Below are positions 25,640 to 39,496 of a stretch of 64,000 nt of DNA, in pieces. Under the pieces are notes generated by a model. The model was given only the letters and a program-made list of their open reading frames with translations, searched no databases and was not told the DNA's origin. The stretch's first letter is position 1; each line of letters starts with the position of its first letter. Origin of the DNA: Octopus vulgaris (taxonomy: Eukaryota); assembly GCA_951406725.2 (NCBI GenBank), contig OX597822.1:31744001-31808000 (forward strand). Direction: 5' to 3'. Made by a program: the position numbers and the translations under genes.

Positions 25640-25933
25640 CTATATCCGCCTGTCTATATATATACGCTCATGTACATACATATATACATACATATACGTG
25701 TGTGTGTGTGTGTGTGTGTGGTTTTTACAAACAAAATTCAGTCATATATCTTTTTAAGAGATATTCAGAAGATAAAATTTCGGAGTTCATATGACATATG
25801 AGTCATAATTAAAAGTAACATATATGACTATGTTTAATTGCAATTTTATGGTGTGCGACTCACGTGATGAGCCTACTAAGACTTGAACGGTCACCATGAA
25901 TGGATAACAAGGAACTTATCGAAAAATTAATTG

Positions 25934-26032
25934 ATTATTATTTAGCACTGTCACTGCCACGTATATGCGTGAACCATTTATATATTTCTCTGTGTAAAAA
26001 ATGGGTGGACAGTGACAGTGCTAAATAATAAT
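25934..26032. repeat. Inverted repeat with about 27-bp arms
   Basis: ATTATTATTTAGCACTGTCACTG(-)CCAC ... GTGGACAGTGACAGTGCTAAATAATAAT. Confidence 0.9.
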
Positions 26033-26109
26033 AATATATATATATATATATATATATACATACATACATATGTATGTATGTATGAAATATATACATATAT
26101 ATATGATAT

Positions 26110-26235
26110 GTAGAAAAATACAAACTGTGACAAGAACGTATAACACTAGAAGACGATACAACAAACACAGACAGGACATTCGAAGCCCTCAGTCTTCAGT
26201 CAAGAACCGGATCATCGTAGTAATTTCGGCTGATT
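26110..26235 (-). mobile_element. Repeat fragment (family H2) with hammerhead boxes GAAA then CTGAAGA
   Basis: Minus strand TCAGCCGAAATTACTACGATGATCCGGTTCTTGACTGAAGACTGAGGG; embedded in (TA)n. Confidence 0.45.
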
Positions 26236-26336
26236 ATATATATATATGTATGTATATATGTGTATGTATGTGCTTCTGTGTGTAGGCATATATGTATCCA
26301 TATGCGTATATGAATATGCATATACATATATATATA

Positions 26337-26391
<55 letters not shown>

Positions 26392-26947
26392 CCTGGAACC
26401 AAATAGTTGGGAAGCAATAGCCACACCCGTTCATAAATCTTAGATTTTAGTATTAGTGTGAAACAAGTGTGACAAGAGTGCACTTTCAGTTTACAGACAG
26501 TTTCTCCCTGCCTAAATTCACGAATGTGTTGTAAATAAGAAAGATAGTTCTGAAACGAACATTTTAAGTATTCGACCTTGTGTGTCCTCATTTATAGAGT
26601 AAGACACAGTAAATGAACAAGCGACTCTTTAACCGAGATACTAATACCTTATTGGTGTAATGGGTTCGACTAAGATAAATAGGGTGTTCCCATAGGTTTA
26701 ACAATCTCTCTGACCCCTGCCATATTAACATGGTTAATGTTCCACTAAAGAAGTAACAAAACCTGACGGGCGCAGCAGTCGCAATAAGTCGATTGAGCAC
26801 AGCTGTTCTGGCAATGAGAATTTGGCACGGGTGACTGGAAACGCAGCCCGTTTTCGTGACAGTATTTTTGGTGCTGGAGACAAACACATAGGAACAAGCG
26901 CTCGCCCACTCGCACACGCGGAGACAAACACCCGTGCATGCACTTAC

Positions 26948-26967
26948 AGAATATACTGAAAGTAATA
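26948..26967 (-). other. Candidate 20-nt microexon of an unidentified minus-strand gene
   Basis: Minus strand TCTCTTTCCCCTTCCTCTCTCAG|TATTACTTTCAGTATATTCT|GTAAGTGCATG in non-repetitive sequence. Confidence 0.35.
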
Positions 26968-28148
26968 CTGAGAGAGGAAGGGGAAAGAGATATACTAATA
27001 TTTATTCATTGATCATGACTCATATATAGACTTTGCCTCCCTTCATACACATATAGACATATGCTCAGAGACACAAACAGGGAAATGAGTGATGTGAAGA
27101 AGGGGAGAAAGGAAGAAATAGTAAAGATGCAAAATATGCGCCATAACGCTGATGCCAAAACGTCTCCCACCCACAGTAATAACATACGAATAAAGTTCCT
27201 CTACGTAGTTTCAGCACCCGACAAGTATCCTTTAAATCATACACAGCCATCTTGAAGAACCGATAGGATCATTAGGTAGTGAAACGTTAGGTACACCTAA
27301 ATAAACTGGATGGTCCCAGCTAATGACGCCATTTTCATCAGGAATTCGTTATCGAAAGGTTCAGACCAGAGGGAGGAGAAAATGACAAATGAAATGCTAT
27401 GATAAAATGTAAATACGTGCGTACGTGCACATGTACATGCGCACAGTCATATGCACCTGAAGATAAATATGTAAATACAAGCGAGTACAAAAACATAGAT
27501 TTATAGGAAAACGATACAAGCACACATATGTATTTCACTGATCATTACCATATATGCATATGTAATCGTATATACAAGATATACATCCGAACAAACAGAA
27601 TTACATACACCTGCTATAATTACAATTACAGGTGTAAGTGCGGATATACATAACCACTAATATATTAGAATTGACCTGGGAATGAAAACGACATGTACAG
27701 GTGGAATTCCTGAGGGCCGAGATTCTCGAAAAGTGTAAATATCTGGTTCGTGCAGGCTCTGAATTAAATGCAATTAAATACATTCCTCTTGTAAGGGATG
27801 AACCCACTCGAATCTATTCAACATTCACTCTATGTTGAGTGAGGATAGAGTATGGACGGATTTTTGAAGTACCCTAGACACATATTTGATTATAAATATT
27901 TACAAACATACTTTCTCAGTGAAACTCAATATACCCACCATTATAGATAATACCATATTTACATTTTCGGATTATTCATAATTTCATAATGTGATGTAAT
28001 TCTTTGGTATAGCAATTGCATGCAGCTGAAGAGACCTTTAAACCATCTGTTATGTCGATTAAACATTAATTTAAGAATAGTTTGTTTTATAAACCTTGAA
28101 ACACGTGTACCGCGACATCCTTTGTGTTCTGTTTTTTATTTCATTTGA

Positions 28149-28207
<59 letters not shown>

Positions 28208-28209
<2 letters not shown>

Positions 28210-28372
28210 GACGGTCTTCTTTCAGTTTCCGTCTACCAAATCCACTCACAAGACTTTGGTCGGACCGAGGCTATAGTAGAAGACACTTGCCCAAGGTGCC
28301 ACGCAGTGGGACTGAACCCGGAACCATTTGGTTGACAAGCAAAATACTTACAACACAGTCACTCCTGCGCCT
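28208..28372 (-). mobile_element. SINE family A, 5' half
   Basis: Reverse complement of the family A head and body. Confidence 0.9.
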
Positions 28373-28950
28373 AATTTATATAGATATAAATTATACACAT
28401 ATAAATATTTCATAATTTTAAATATAATTTATATATTTCCTATAGATGTTCTCATGTTCTACAATTATGTCTATAGTTATAAAACTTTTGAATTGGTATT
28501 TTGTCTGTGAAAGAACAATAATTTCTTCCTGGTGGACATATTTTCTTTAACTTTAAGGTCTTTTGTAATGTCTGAGTAAATTTTTTAGCTGAATAACGTT
28601 AAAAACATTGTAAATGAAACATTTCTCAAGTTTGTGTGGGTGAGAGAGACAGAGAGACATGTTAAATACTGAGCTATAACTAATTTGCCTACATAACTAG
28701 TTGACAGTTATTAGTTACGCATTTGACTCATTGAATTACAAATCAAACAGGGCGTTAGTTAAGTAAAAACTGATTTATTCTAAAAACTGATTTATTATGC
28801 AGTGAAGCAAAAAGAAATGAATTTATAATATGAACTTTTTCTATTAAAACTAACAGATTTTATTGGATATATTTAGTACAATGATAAAATATCTAAGTGC
28901 ATAAATGTGCGTGTATATGTGTGTGTGTTTGTGTAGGTGGGTGAGAGAGA

Positions 28951-28996
<46 letters not shown>

Positions 28997-29017
28997 GTGT
29001 ATGAGTGCCTATGTGTA

Positions 29018-29488
29018 TACTCTTTTACTTGTTTCAGTCATCTTACTTTGGCCATGCTGGAGCATCACCTTTAGTCGAGCAAATCTTTGTAAGCCTAGTA
29101 CTTATTCTGTCGGTCCCTTTTGCCGAACCGCTAAGTTACAGGGACGTAAACACACCACCATCAGTTGTCAAGTTGAGGGGACAAACACAAACATATAATC
29201 ACACACATACACACGCGCACACACATATATATACATGTATATATATATATATATATATGTTTCTTTATTTCCCACGAGGGGCTAAACATAGAGGGGACAA
29301 ACAAGGACAGACAAACGAATTAAGTCGATTACATCGACCCCAGTGCGTAACTGGTACTTAATTTATCGACCCCGAAAGGATGAAAGGCAAAGTCGACCTC
29401 GGCGGAATTTGAACTCAGAACGCAATGACAGACGCAATACCGCTAAGCATTTCGCCCGGTGTGCTAACGTTTCTGCCAGCTCGCCGCC

Positions 29489-29542
<54 letters not shown>

Positions 29543-29579
29543 ATATATATATACATGTGTATAAAGATATATATATATA

Positions 29580-29640
<61 letters not shown>

Positions 29641-29685
29641 GTGTGTATATATATGTGTATATATATATTGTATGTATATATATAT

Positions 29686-29738
<53 letters not shown>

Positions 29739-29796
29739 ATATATACATATATACATATATATATATATGTGTGTATATATATGTATATATGTGTGT

Positions 29797-29877
<81 letters not shown>

Positions 29878-29990
29878 CACGACGGGCTTCTTTCAGTTTC
29901 CGTCTACCAAATCCATTCACTAGTGGGACTGAACCCGGAACCATGTGGTTGGTAAGCAAGCTACTTACCACACAGCCACTCCTGTGCCTA
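29018..29990 (-). mobile_element. SINE family A split by an expanded internal microsatellite and a nested SINE B
   Basis: 3' half at 29018-29195, 5' half at 29879-29990 with an internal deletion. Confidence 0.8.
29259..29489 (-). mobile_element. SINE family B nested in the SINE A microsatellite
   Basis: Near-identical to 18880-19111. Confidence 0.9.
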
Positions 29991-31934
29991 TATATTGTTT
30001 TTATGATAATAATTTTTTTTTAAACAATTTCACTGAATCTGTTTATATCGCATGCATTTATGTTAGAATTGTTGAGCCTACAGACGAAAATCTTGCCGTT
30101 CCTTTCTTGGAATTTGGAAGACGAAATTTCACTAAGTCACTGAAATTACGGCTGACAGCTAGCGCTGATCACGCTATTACAAAACCAACATTGATAGTGA
30201 ATGCTGCAATGAGTGGATGAAGAATGTGACCCGATTCTGCTATAATCGAATGCTACAGATGAAGGAGACGACAATAACGGAGATGATAATGATAATGTGG
30301 TCGATAATGATGACACGAGGGATTGGAATTTATCAATATCCGAACGTTACTCTCTTCACTATAGATAAATAGTGCCGTATAGGGCTGAGTTATAATATTG
30401 CATAAGATAATAATGCTCGAAATGTTAGTTTCTCTTCTTCGTCAAGACATAAACATAAAACAGCCTTTTAAAGATTTTCTCATTTTCCATCTTCATTTAT
30501 CAGTATATTAAGATTGTTCCTATTTCTCGACCTGCTTAAAACAACATCACACCAACCTCATATACCAAACACATTTAGATTCTATCCCTGCCATTCACTC
30601 TTTTCCTGTACAAACCATTTCGTTTTTTTTTTCTTACCAACGAAGAGCATTACTAAATTCTTCAAAGTTTACCGTTTCACTCGACACCTGTTTCTTTCTT
30701 TTTTTTCTTTTTGCTTGGAAGAGTTCCAATATATTAATGTGGATGAACATTGACGCCTCCAAGACAAAACTGATTATAACCAAGGCAACGAAGAAAAATG
30801 TACCCGGTCGCTGAGCCTGCTGGGAAATAACTGCAGCCAAACTTCCTTAAAATTTGCATCCTGTCGGGCGCAACATGGTACAAATTAAACAATGTGTTCT
30901 TGGGTTAATTGCATATAAAACTAAAACAAAATGGTCAGTCTGGAATGTCATTGACTAGCACTAGCAGTCTCCTGATCATAAGACCCACGTGGGACTAAAT
31001 AACTGTAACAACAATAACAACATCAACAACAACATTAGCAACTGACTATATTATTCAAATATTTCTTTATTAACTCCAGCTGTTGTTCTTATTATTTGAC
31101 GTGGCTTTTTTTTTTCCATTCTGTGATATAGATGTAGGTGATGACATGCACTATATCATTTACATTTTTGCTGCTAGTTCTAACCAAATTGTCAACGAAA
31201 CTAATAAATAGAAGCATTTCATCAATCTTGGTCGTGTGTTCCTGGGTGGTGAATCATGGCTCTGTGCCACAAAACGATAACGAACAAGTTTGTCAGATAT
31301 GACTGCTTACTTAGCAGTTTCATTATCATTTGATATCTTTTCTACTTAATTTCGTGTTGATGGTATTACAGTTCGCACCCTCAAGTTCTTGCGCATTCTT
31401 TCCTTGCTATAGACAGAAGCATGACCGAGTGTTTTAAAAGTTTGCTATTTTGCAATTATGCGGCAATCGTCTGCCACCATAGGTACATATCGTTGCTTTG
31501 ACCCGAACTAGTTTTCTAACTGTAATTGGGTAGACGGAAACTGTATGAAAACCTGTTGCATGAATTGTATCTGTATTTCAAACACCTCATTTTTGTCATC
31601 TTTTATTTTACAAAGATTCAGACTGAGAAATATGGCAAGCATAGACATATCTGTACACTTTTAACAGAATTCTCAGAATATCATTCACACGTAAATTTAA
31701 CGCGTAGTTAGTTCATGTTATTGACTAACGGAGTAATCATCACAAGACTGATCACAATCGCTTGATTCACACCCATACACATGGTTGTGAATATAACTGA
31801 TCAAAAACCTAACAACTGTCTATTTAGTAGAATGGTTACGTCTTAACTTATTCTCATATAACATGTCAGTATAAAACACACATTTGTTTTTTTATTGAAA
31901 GCAGTTTTTAATAGACGTATTCCGAGTTCAATTG

Positions 31935-32030
31935 TTTTGCATCTTGGTCAAGTATCTTCTACTATAGCTTCAGAAATGACCAGAGCCGTGTGAGCGGGCT
32001 CGATAGACGGAAACTGAAAGAAGCCTGTTA
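31935..32030 (+). mobile_element. SINE family A fragment
   Basis: CAAGTATCTTCTACTATAGC..AGACGGAAACTGAAAGAAGCCTGT; a more decayed copy lies at about 31415-31560. Confidence 0.75.
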
Positions 32031-33419
32031 TATATATATATATATATAATATGATATAATATAATATAATATACATATATAGGTATGTATGTATACACAC
32101 ACACATTATATGTATACATGACCACATTCTAATGACTGACGCGATCTGAAATGTAAGACCAATGGTAACACCAGCCACGAAGCTCCAAGGAGCAGGGACT
32201 AATGCAGCAGAAATAGACAAGTCAGCGTGAAGAGATAACTTCTAATAGTTTCACATAAAAAAAAAAACAGATATAAAAACCTAAACGATAATAAATTAAC
32301 TGAAAATAGATGCTTATTGGAGTATAGAATAGATTTAGTTGTTTTGTCGCGAAAGACAGAGGGTGATTTAGATCCTTCACAGAAACATATAAACAGCTGA
32401 TAAGTATGGAAGTAGTCAGTGTTGGTCACTTTATCACTCTATTATCTGTAAATGCTTAATTTTATTCTTTATTCCCTTTTAGACGTTCTTTCTTATGATG
32501 AGGTCATAAAGAAAGAATTGTAATTTATGATCAACCTGACTCCTTTTGTTATCCTTTTCTATTTATGTATTTTGTATTTTGATTATAATTGTATTTTGTC
32601 TGTCACTATATCCATAGTTCTAGTTCTAGTTCTGTCTGTAAACTACTGAAAATGGCACATTACTTTGGGTATGCATTCTCATACTGAGTGAAACGACGAA
32701 AGGATCTAACGAAAGACTAATTCAAACAATCACCTAATGAGGTGCATTTCACACGGTGGATGCATGATAATGATTATAGAACATCCCACCGATGTACTAC
32801 CGGTGTAGAAAAGTGTCGAAACGATTGTAGTAATTTTAAATAAAGAATGCCATTTATTCCATTTTCTATCATTTATCTAACACACAACATATATGTAAGT
32901 ATCCCAAACAGCCAAAAAAAAAAAAAAAAAGCAAAGGTTCCCAATGACAACCAACTGCAGTGCTAACAACAGATGTGAAAACGTTAATAATATCGATCCA
33001 TGGGAAAATAAATACATTTTAGATAAAATATTGTTTACAGTAAACAATGATTGGTGTCACAATATTACATAGAAATATAAGATTTTCATTGTTGATATTA
33101 AAACTTCGTGGGTGATGTTATTGGTGTTTTAGACAGGTGCGTTTAATGAATTCATACAGGTGTTGTTTTTGGAATTAGTTATAAAAATTTTTACATAAAA
33201 TAAAGTTGCCGCTTCCTGTTGAGCTATAGAAATTTAGCGGAGGTCGTTTTTCTATAGTTCAACAGTACTCATAATAGTATGATCTCTTCCATAAAGCATA
33301 ATAGAAAAATCTATTCACATAAAAGAATTCTTTACAGCTTTACGGAATTCGTAATGTATCATTATTATTCATTTCAATTATTTTGCATTCATAATTTCGC
33401 TTAACGATATCTAATATCG

Positions 33420-34101
33420 CAGTTAGACGGGTGAAATGCTTAGCGGCATTTCATCCATCTTTACGTTCGGAGCTCAAATTCCGACAAGGTCGACTATGCA
33501 TTTCATGCTTTCGACGTCCATAAAATAAGTAGCTGTGGGGTCGACGTAATCGTCTTAACTCCTTCCTCAAAATTGCTGGCGGTGTGCAAACATTTGAGAC
33601 CAATATTTAACATTGCAGTAATGGGGTGAGCTGGCAGAACCTTCAGTACTCTAGGAAAATTGCTTAGCAGCATTTTGTCTGTCCTTATATTCTGAGTTCA
33701 AAGGCGGCGAGCTGGCAGAAACGTTAGCACGCCGGGCGAAATGCTTAGCGGTATTTCGTCTACCGCTACGTTCTGAGTTCGAATTTCGCCGAGGTCGACT
33801 TTGCCTTTCATCCTTTCGGGGTCGATTAAATAAGTACCAGTTACGCACTGGGGTCGATGTAATCGACTTAATCCGTTTGTCTCTACTTGTTTGTCCTCTC
33901 TGTGTTTAGCCTCTTGTGGGTAGTAAAGAAATAGGTATTTCGTCTGTCGTTACGTTCTGAGTTCAAATTCCGCCGAGTTCGACTTTGCCGTTCATCCTTT
34001 CGGGATCGATAAATAAAGTACCGGTTCCGCAATAGGGTCGATGTAATCGACTGGCCCCTTCGCAAAAAATTTCGTGCCTTGTGCCTAGAGTAGAAAAGAA
34101 T
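33420..34101 (+). mobile_element. SINE family B cluster: old units plus a young dimer starting near 33702
   Basis: A young head GGCGGCGAGCTGGCAGAAACG follows an older head truncated at GAGTTCAAA; the second unit ends GTGCCTAGAGTAGAAAAGAATA. Confidence 0.9.
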
Positions 34102-34327
34102 ACTTGGTATTCGTGTCTCATGAAACTTGTATTGCGGATTTTGTGATTAAATAGTGAAGAGTTCAGATCAAATTGATACAGTTCTTCATATTCACCTTCT
34201 CTAGGCTACTGATTGGCCCCCGCAACTCGCAACTACGAGTAGAACGTAACGTGAAATGGTTCAATGGCGACATCGAACTAGCAATTACAGTGTTAGCTTG
34301 CCGGAAACGAACCATTCTATCGCAAAA

Positions 34328-34367
<40 letters not shown>

Positions 34368-34623
34368 GCACACGTGTGCAAAATGAGGCTCATACACACC
34401 AGAACCTATTTCCGATAGCTTCAAGGTATGTGTGTCAGTAGCGAGAGAAATGAAGAGATGATGGTAAAAAATATGAGAACAAGAAGAAAATAGAAATGTC
34501 AAAACAGAAAACCAAAAATTTTATATAAATTTTGGTCCCGAGGATAATTTCAAACAACGTTCTTATTCTACTGAATATATATATGCCAATTTTTCTTGCT
34601 AGGATGTATATACTCAGCTTCCA

Positions 34624-34627
<4 letters not shown>

Positions 34628-34676
<49 letters not shown>

Positions 34677-34744
34677 GTATATATATATATATATATATAC
34701 GTATATATATATATATATATAGTATATGTATATATATATATACG

Positions 34745-34822
<78 letters not shown>

Positions 34823-35125
34823 CATATATATGTGTATACATATATATATATGTATATATATATGTATGTATATATATATATGTATGTATATATATATATG
34901 TATGTATATATATATGTATGTATATACATATATGTATATATATATATATGTATATATATGTATGTATATGTATGTATATATATGTATGTATGTATATATG
35001 TATGTATATATATGTATATATATATGCACATATACATATATATATATATATATACACACTCACACACACGTATATATACACACACATGCATACATATGAA
35101 TATATAATGTATGTATATATATATG
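34628..35125. repeat. Compound (TA)n/(TATG)n microsatellite
   Basis: Read directly; source of many spurious ORFs. Confidence 0.95.
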
Positions 35126-35331
35126 CATAAGTGTGTGTGTGTGTGTATGAGTGACAGCTATGATTTGTTTGTAACTACTTCTGGAATGTTAAACTATAAA
35201 TATCATCGTTAGGGCAGAGGTATTTATTCTCATACTAACCTATATATTTTACAATTAGCTTAATCTGTTCTTGCTTTGCGATTGCAGGATTTTTCTTTCT
35301 TTTCTGCAAATACCAATGCAACAAAAAAAAC

Positions 35332-35371
<40 letters not shown>

Positions 35372-36009
35372 ATTTATCGTCATCATCATCATGATTTTTT
35401 TTTTCTTATTGATATTGTTATTATTATTTACAATAGTAGATTTTGTTCTTGTTGTAATACCCTTTAGCGATTTTTTAATCTTTAATTATTTCAATCCCTC
35501 CTTTCTGCTCTTCTTCCAAAGAGATTTTTTCACCTCTACAACCTTAATTTGTTATTTTTATCCATATTTTTCCGGAATATTCTTTTGTTATTACACACGC
35601 ATTTATTATTTTTCATCCGGATAAATTGTGTTCTTGTACTGCAAGATATATTTTTTTCTTTATCTATTGTTCCGATGTACTTCAAAACATAATAAGAGTT
35701 CCTTAAGGTCAACACACACACACACACACAAACGCACGCGTACGCACACACAAATACACAAATACACATACACACACGTACACAAACATGCATACACATA
35801 TACACCCACACCCACAAGCACATACACATGCACACACAGGCACACACATTCATAAACATACACGCTTATATAATCAAAGATACATATGCATCCATATGTA
35901 AATCTCTATATATAGTTTTTTATGCATATGTATGTATCTTATATATGTATGCAAGCACATACACACTCACACACACACACACATATATTATACTATATTG
36001 TGTATATGG

Positions 36010-36050
<41 letters not shown>

Positions 36051-36051
36051 T

Positions 36052-36208
36052 GACGCAGGCATGGCTGTGTGGTAAGAAGCTTATTTCACAACCACAGAGA
36101 CACGGGTTCAATCCTACTGCATGGCGCCTCGGACAAGTGTCTTCTACTATAGCCTCGGGCCGACCAAAGCCTTGTGAGAGGATTTGGTAGACGGAATTGA
36201 AAGAAGCC

Positions 36209-36251
<43 letters not shown>

Positions 36252-36420
36252 CGTGTGTTGACAACTGATGTTGGTGTGTTTCGTTTCCCCAAATTTAGTG
36301 GTTCGGCAACGGAGACGGATGGAATAAGTAGTAAGCATACAACGAATAAGTCCTGGAGTCGATTTGTTCGACTAAAGGCGGGGCTCCATTACGGCCGCAA
36401 TCAAATGACTAAATAAAAAA
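36052..36420 (+). mobile_element. SINE family A, full length
   Basis: Head TGGCTGTGTGGTAAG..GGTTCAATCC, internal (TA)n, tail GGCCGCAATCAAATGACT. Confidence 0.9.
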
Positions 36421-36428
36421 ATTGAATA

Positions 36429-36474
<46 letters not shown>

Positions 36475-36508
36475 TATGTGTGTGTGTGTCTGTGTGTGTG
36501 TGTGTATG

Positions 36509-36548
<40 letters not shown>

Positions 36549-36976
36549 TAGATTAGATAGATAGATAGATAGATAGATAAGTAGGTAGAGTGATGCATAC
36601 ATACATAGATATATATATTCATAAATATATACGTATACGTGTGTATATGAGTGTATCTAAATATTTTGTTCGTGTGTTTGTTTGTGTGTGTAGGTAAGTG
36701 TTTGGTTGTGTGCGTGCAAGTTAATTAATTTTACATAGCCGTATGCTACGCAGGTGATGAAAAAGTACCGGCCGACTGTTCGAGCAACCTCTTTTCTCTT
36801 CAACTATCATATCCTCGATGTTTGACTGACCGAAGCGCGTTCAAGACGGAAAGGCGTTCATAGCATGTTCTCTACTATCTACACACACACACACACACAC
36901 GCACGCACACACACGCATACGCACGTACATATTTTAAAATATATGCATTTGTGCCAATTCTATTGTGTCGGCGGGG

Positions 36977-37079
36977 GAGTCATTTTCTTTTTGTGCCTTA
37001 TAATTTAACACACTCACCGGTAAATTTTCCACTTACCGGTGAGTGTGTTAAATTATGAGGCACAAAAATTAAATGACTC
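36977..37079. repeat. Fold-back palindrome with about 47-bp arms and 9-nt spacer
   Basis: GTGCCTTATAATTTAACACACTCACCGGTAA / TTACCGGTGAGTGTGTTAAATTATGAGGCAC. Confidence 0.9.
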
Positions 37080-37263
37080 TTCGCAGACACAACAGTATAT
37101 GCTTCAACACACGAACTCACATAAAGAATCTTACAAACCAAATCGAAAAACGAAACATTTGTGTGTATATATTCATCTCAATCTATCTATATCTATATCT
37201 ATACACACAAACACACGCACATATTGCCCTTTTAAATCTTCACATTGGAGTTAAATGGTTTAA

Positions 37264-37702
37264 CCCTCTAGTATTTAACCTGGTTTAGCATTCTACCTGC
37301 TTTATGATCAAAATGGCCATATCCATTTCTTTACTACCCACAAGGGGGTAAACACAGAGAGAACAAACAAGGACAAACGGATTAAGTCGATTACATCGAC
37401 CCCAGTGCGTAACTGGTACTTAATTTATCGACCCCGAAAGGATGAAGGGCGAAGTCGACCTCGGCGGAATTTGAACTCAGAACGTAACGGCCGACGAAAT
37501 ACGGCTACGCATTTCGCCCGGCGTGCTAACGTTTCTGCCAGCTCGCCGCCCTCAAAATGGTCATATCTGTCCTCTCACACCTACCCGATCATGTCATTCT
37601 AAAATTAAACAATTATGTCCTCAAAATCTCATAGCTATGAGATTCAAACCAATGTGAATAAATAAGCTTTACGTTCGACAGAATAATCTGAATGCGAAAG
37701 GG
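37264..37702. mobile_element. TTAA-flanked non-autonomous DNA element (piggyBac-like MITE) interrupted by SINE B
   Basis: TTAA|CCCTCTAGTATTT ... GAATGCGAAAGGG|TTAA; TTAA duplication with CCC/GGG termini is the piggyBac signature. Confidence 0.65.
37326..37551 (-). mobile_element. SINE family B monomer with 16-bp target-site duplication
   Basis: TCAAAATGGCCATATC (37308-37323) and TCAAAATGGTCATATC (37552-37567). Confidence 0.9.
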
Positions 37703-38405
37703 TTAAACGGTTCAAGTGTTAGTTATCCCACTCGGTGGGATACGCAGACTGTTTTGATACAAGACACTAATGTCATATGCAAATCAATATATCTTAAAGA
37801 CAGACCGATACATCTTAAAGACAGAAATGTTTAAAATGTTCATTTCAAAAGCGTTCTTGCAGCGTGTTGAATTTGACACTAAAAGATCTTCGGCCTCGGA
37901 AATATGACCAGAATATCCGAAAAAGACATGTATAGAAATAATTGACTAGAGCATCTTCCACATATAGCGAGAATATATCTTCGGGGAAGGTTTTATCGAA
38001 ATGCATGAAGAAAATGAATAAATTTAATTTTCAGATTTAATATGAAATAAAAGAAATTATAAAGATCGTTTAAAAGAATATATACAAAAAATGTTGTTCA
38101 TATCAATATATATACGCGCGGGCATACTCGTAATCATACGCACACACACACACACGTGTCTATATGTGTGTTGAAATATATGGATATTATTTTATTAGGT
38201 CCCTAGAAAATTGATATAGTTTCCCTTACTTGGCCGTAGGGGAATTATGTTATATATGCCTACGATCCAGCCTTCAACGAGCAATACATATATACTTCCG
38301 TGTAAGAACGTGTCTGTATGTATGAATGTGTAGGCGCGCACGCGTACATATATAATAATATGATAAATATACATACATATATACATATACATATATATAC
38401 GTTTA

Positions 38406-38478
<73 letters not shown>

Positions 38479-39306
38479 GTATATATATGGGTGTGTGTGT
38501 CTATGTGTGTGTGTTTACATATATATATATATATCCACTCACACAGAGAAAATGAGATAACGAAACGTAGATCGGTAGATAGACAGAGAGAGAGGGGGAG
38601 AGAAAGAGTTGGGAGGAGGAGACATAGGCTTAAATATATATATGTATAAATGTATATATATATGTGTGTGTGTGTGTGTATGTGTATATATATATGTGTA
38701 TGTGTGTGTATATATATATGTGTGTGTGTATGTATATATATATATATATATATATATACATACATACATACATGCATACATATACATATGTTTGTGTGCG
38801 TGCGTGTGACTATATATGTACATGCATACTGCTATACAACTAAATAGATTTATATTTTCCCGACAATTCTTTATAGCCTAAAGATACAGATTTTTTTATT
38901 TGCTTTACTCGATATTTTACAAAGACGAAAGCAATCGATCGAATTCTATGAAACCTATTAACCTTAACTAAGAAGTCGTATATTCTTATATTATAGACAG
39001 ACGCAATGTTTAAATGATTTTATGATCTATAATAAAATAAGTGAAGGAGCGAAATATTAAGCAGGACAAAGTTAGGAAGTCCTTGGTTCAAATTTGAAAG
39101 AAAACCTGAAAGAAAAATCGCAATTATACAAATCCTTGCAAGGTGACAAAATCTTTAGCACGCCGGACAAAGTACATAGCCGCATTTCTTCCGTATTTTT
39201 GTGGTTTCACTTCAAATCGGGTCAAGGTCAACTTTGTCTTTTGTCCCTATCATCTGGGATCGATGTAATCAATTTGTTGGCCTCTGTACCATACTGTACA
39301 CACACA

Positions 39307-39358
<52 letters not shown>

Positions 39359-39496
39359 TATATATATATTATATTAAATTAGAGATATAACCACTATTGG
39401 GCAAATCAAACAGTGAAAATCATAAACCAATATATAGAAATAAATTAATTTATAAAAAATATATGAAATATAAAATTCAAAAATAATATATATATA

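Noticed and set aside
18969-37602. Recurrent peptides [21 protein letters not shown] and [20 protein letters not shown] that look like a gene family
   Set aside because: They are chance frames through SINE B and SINE A copies.
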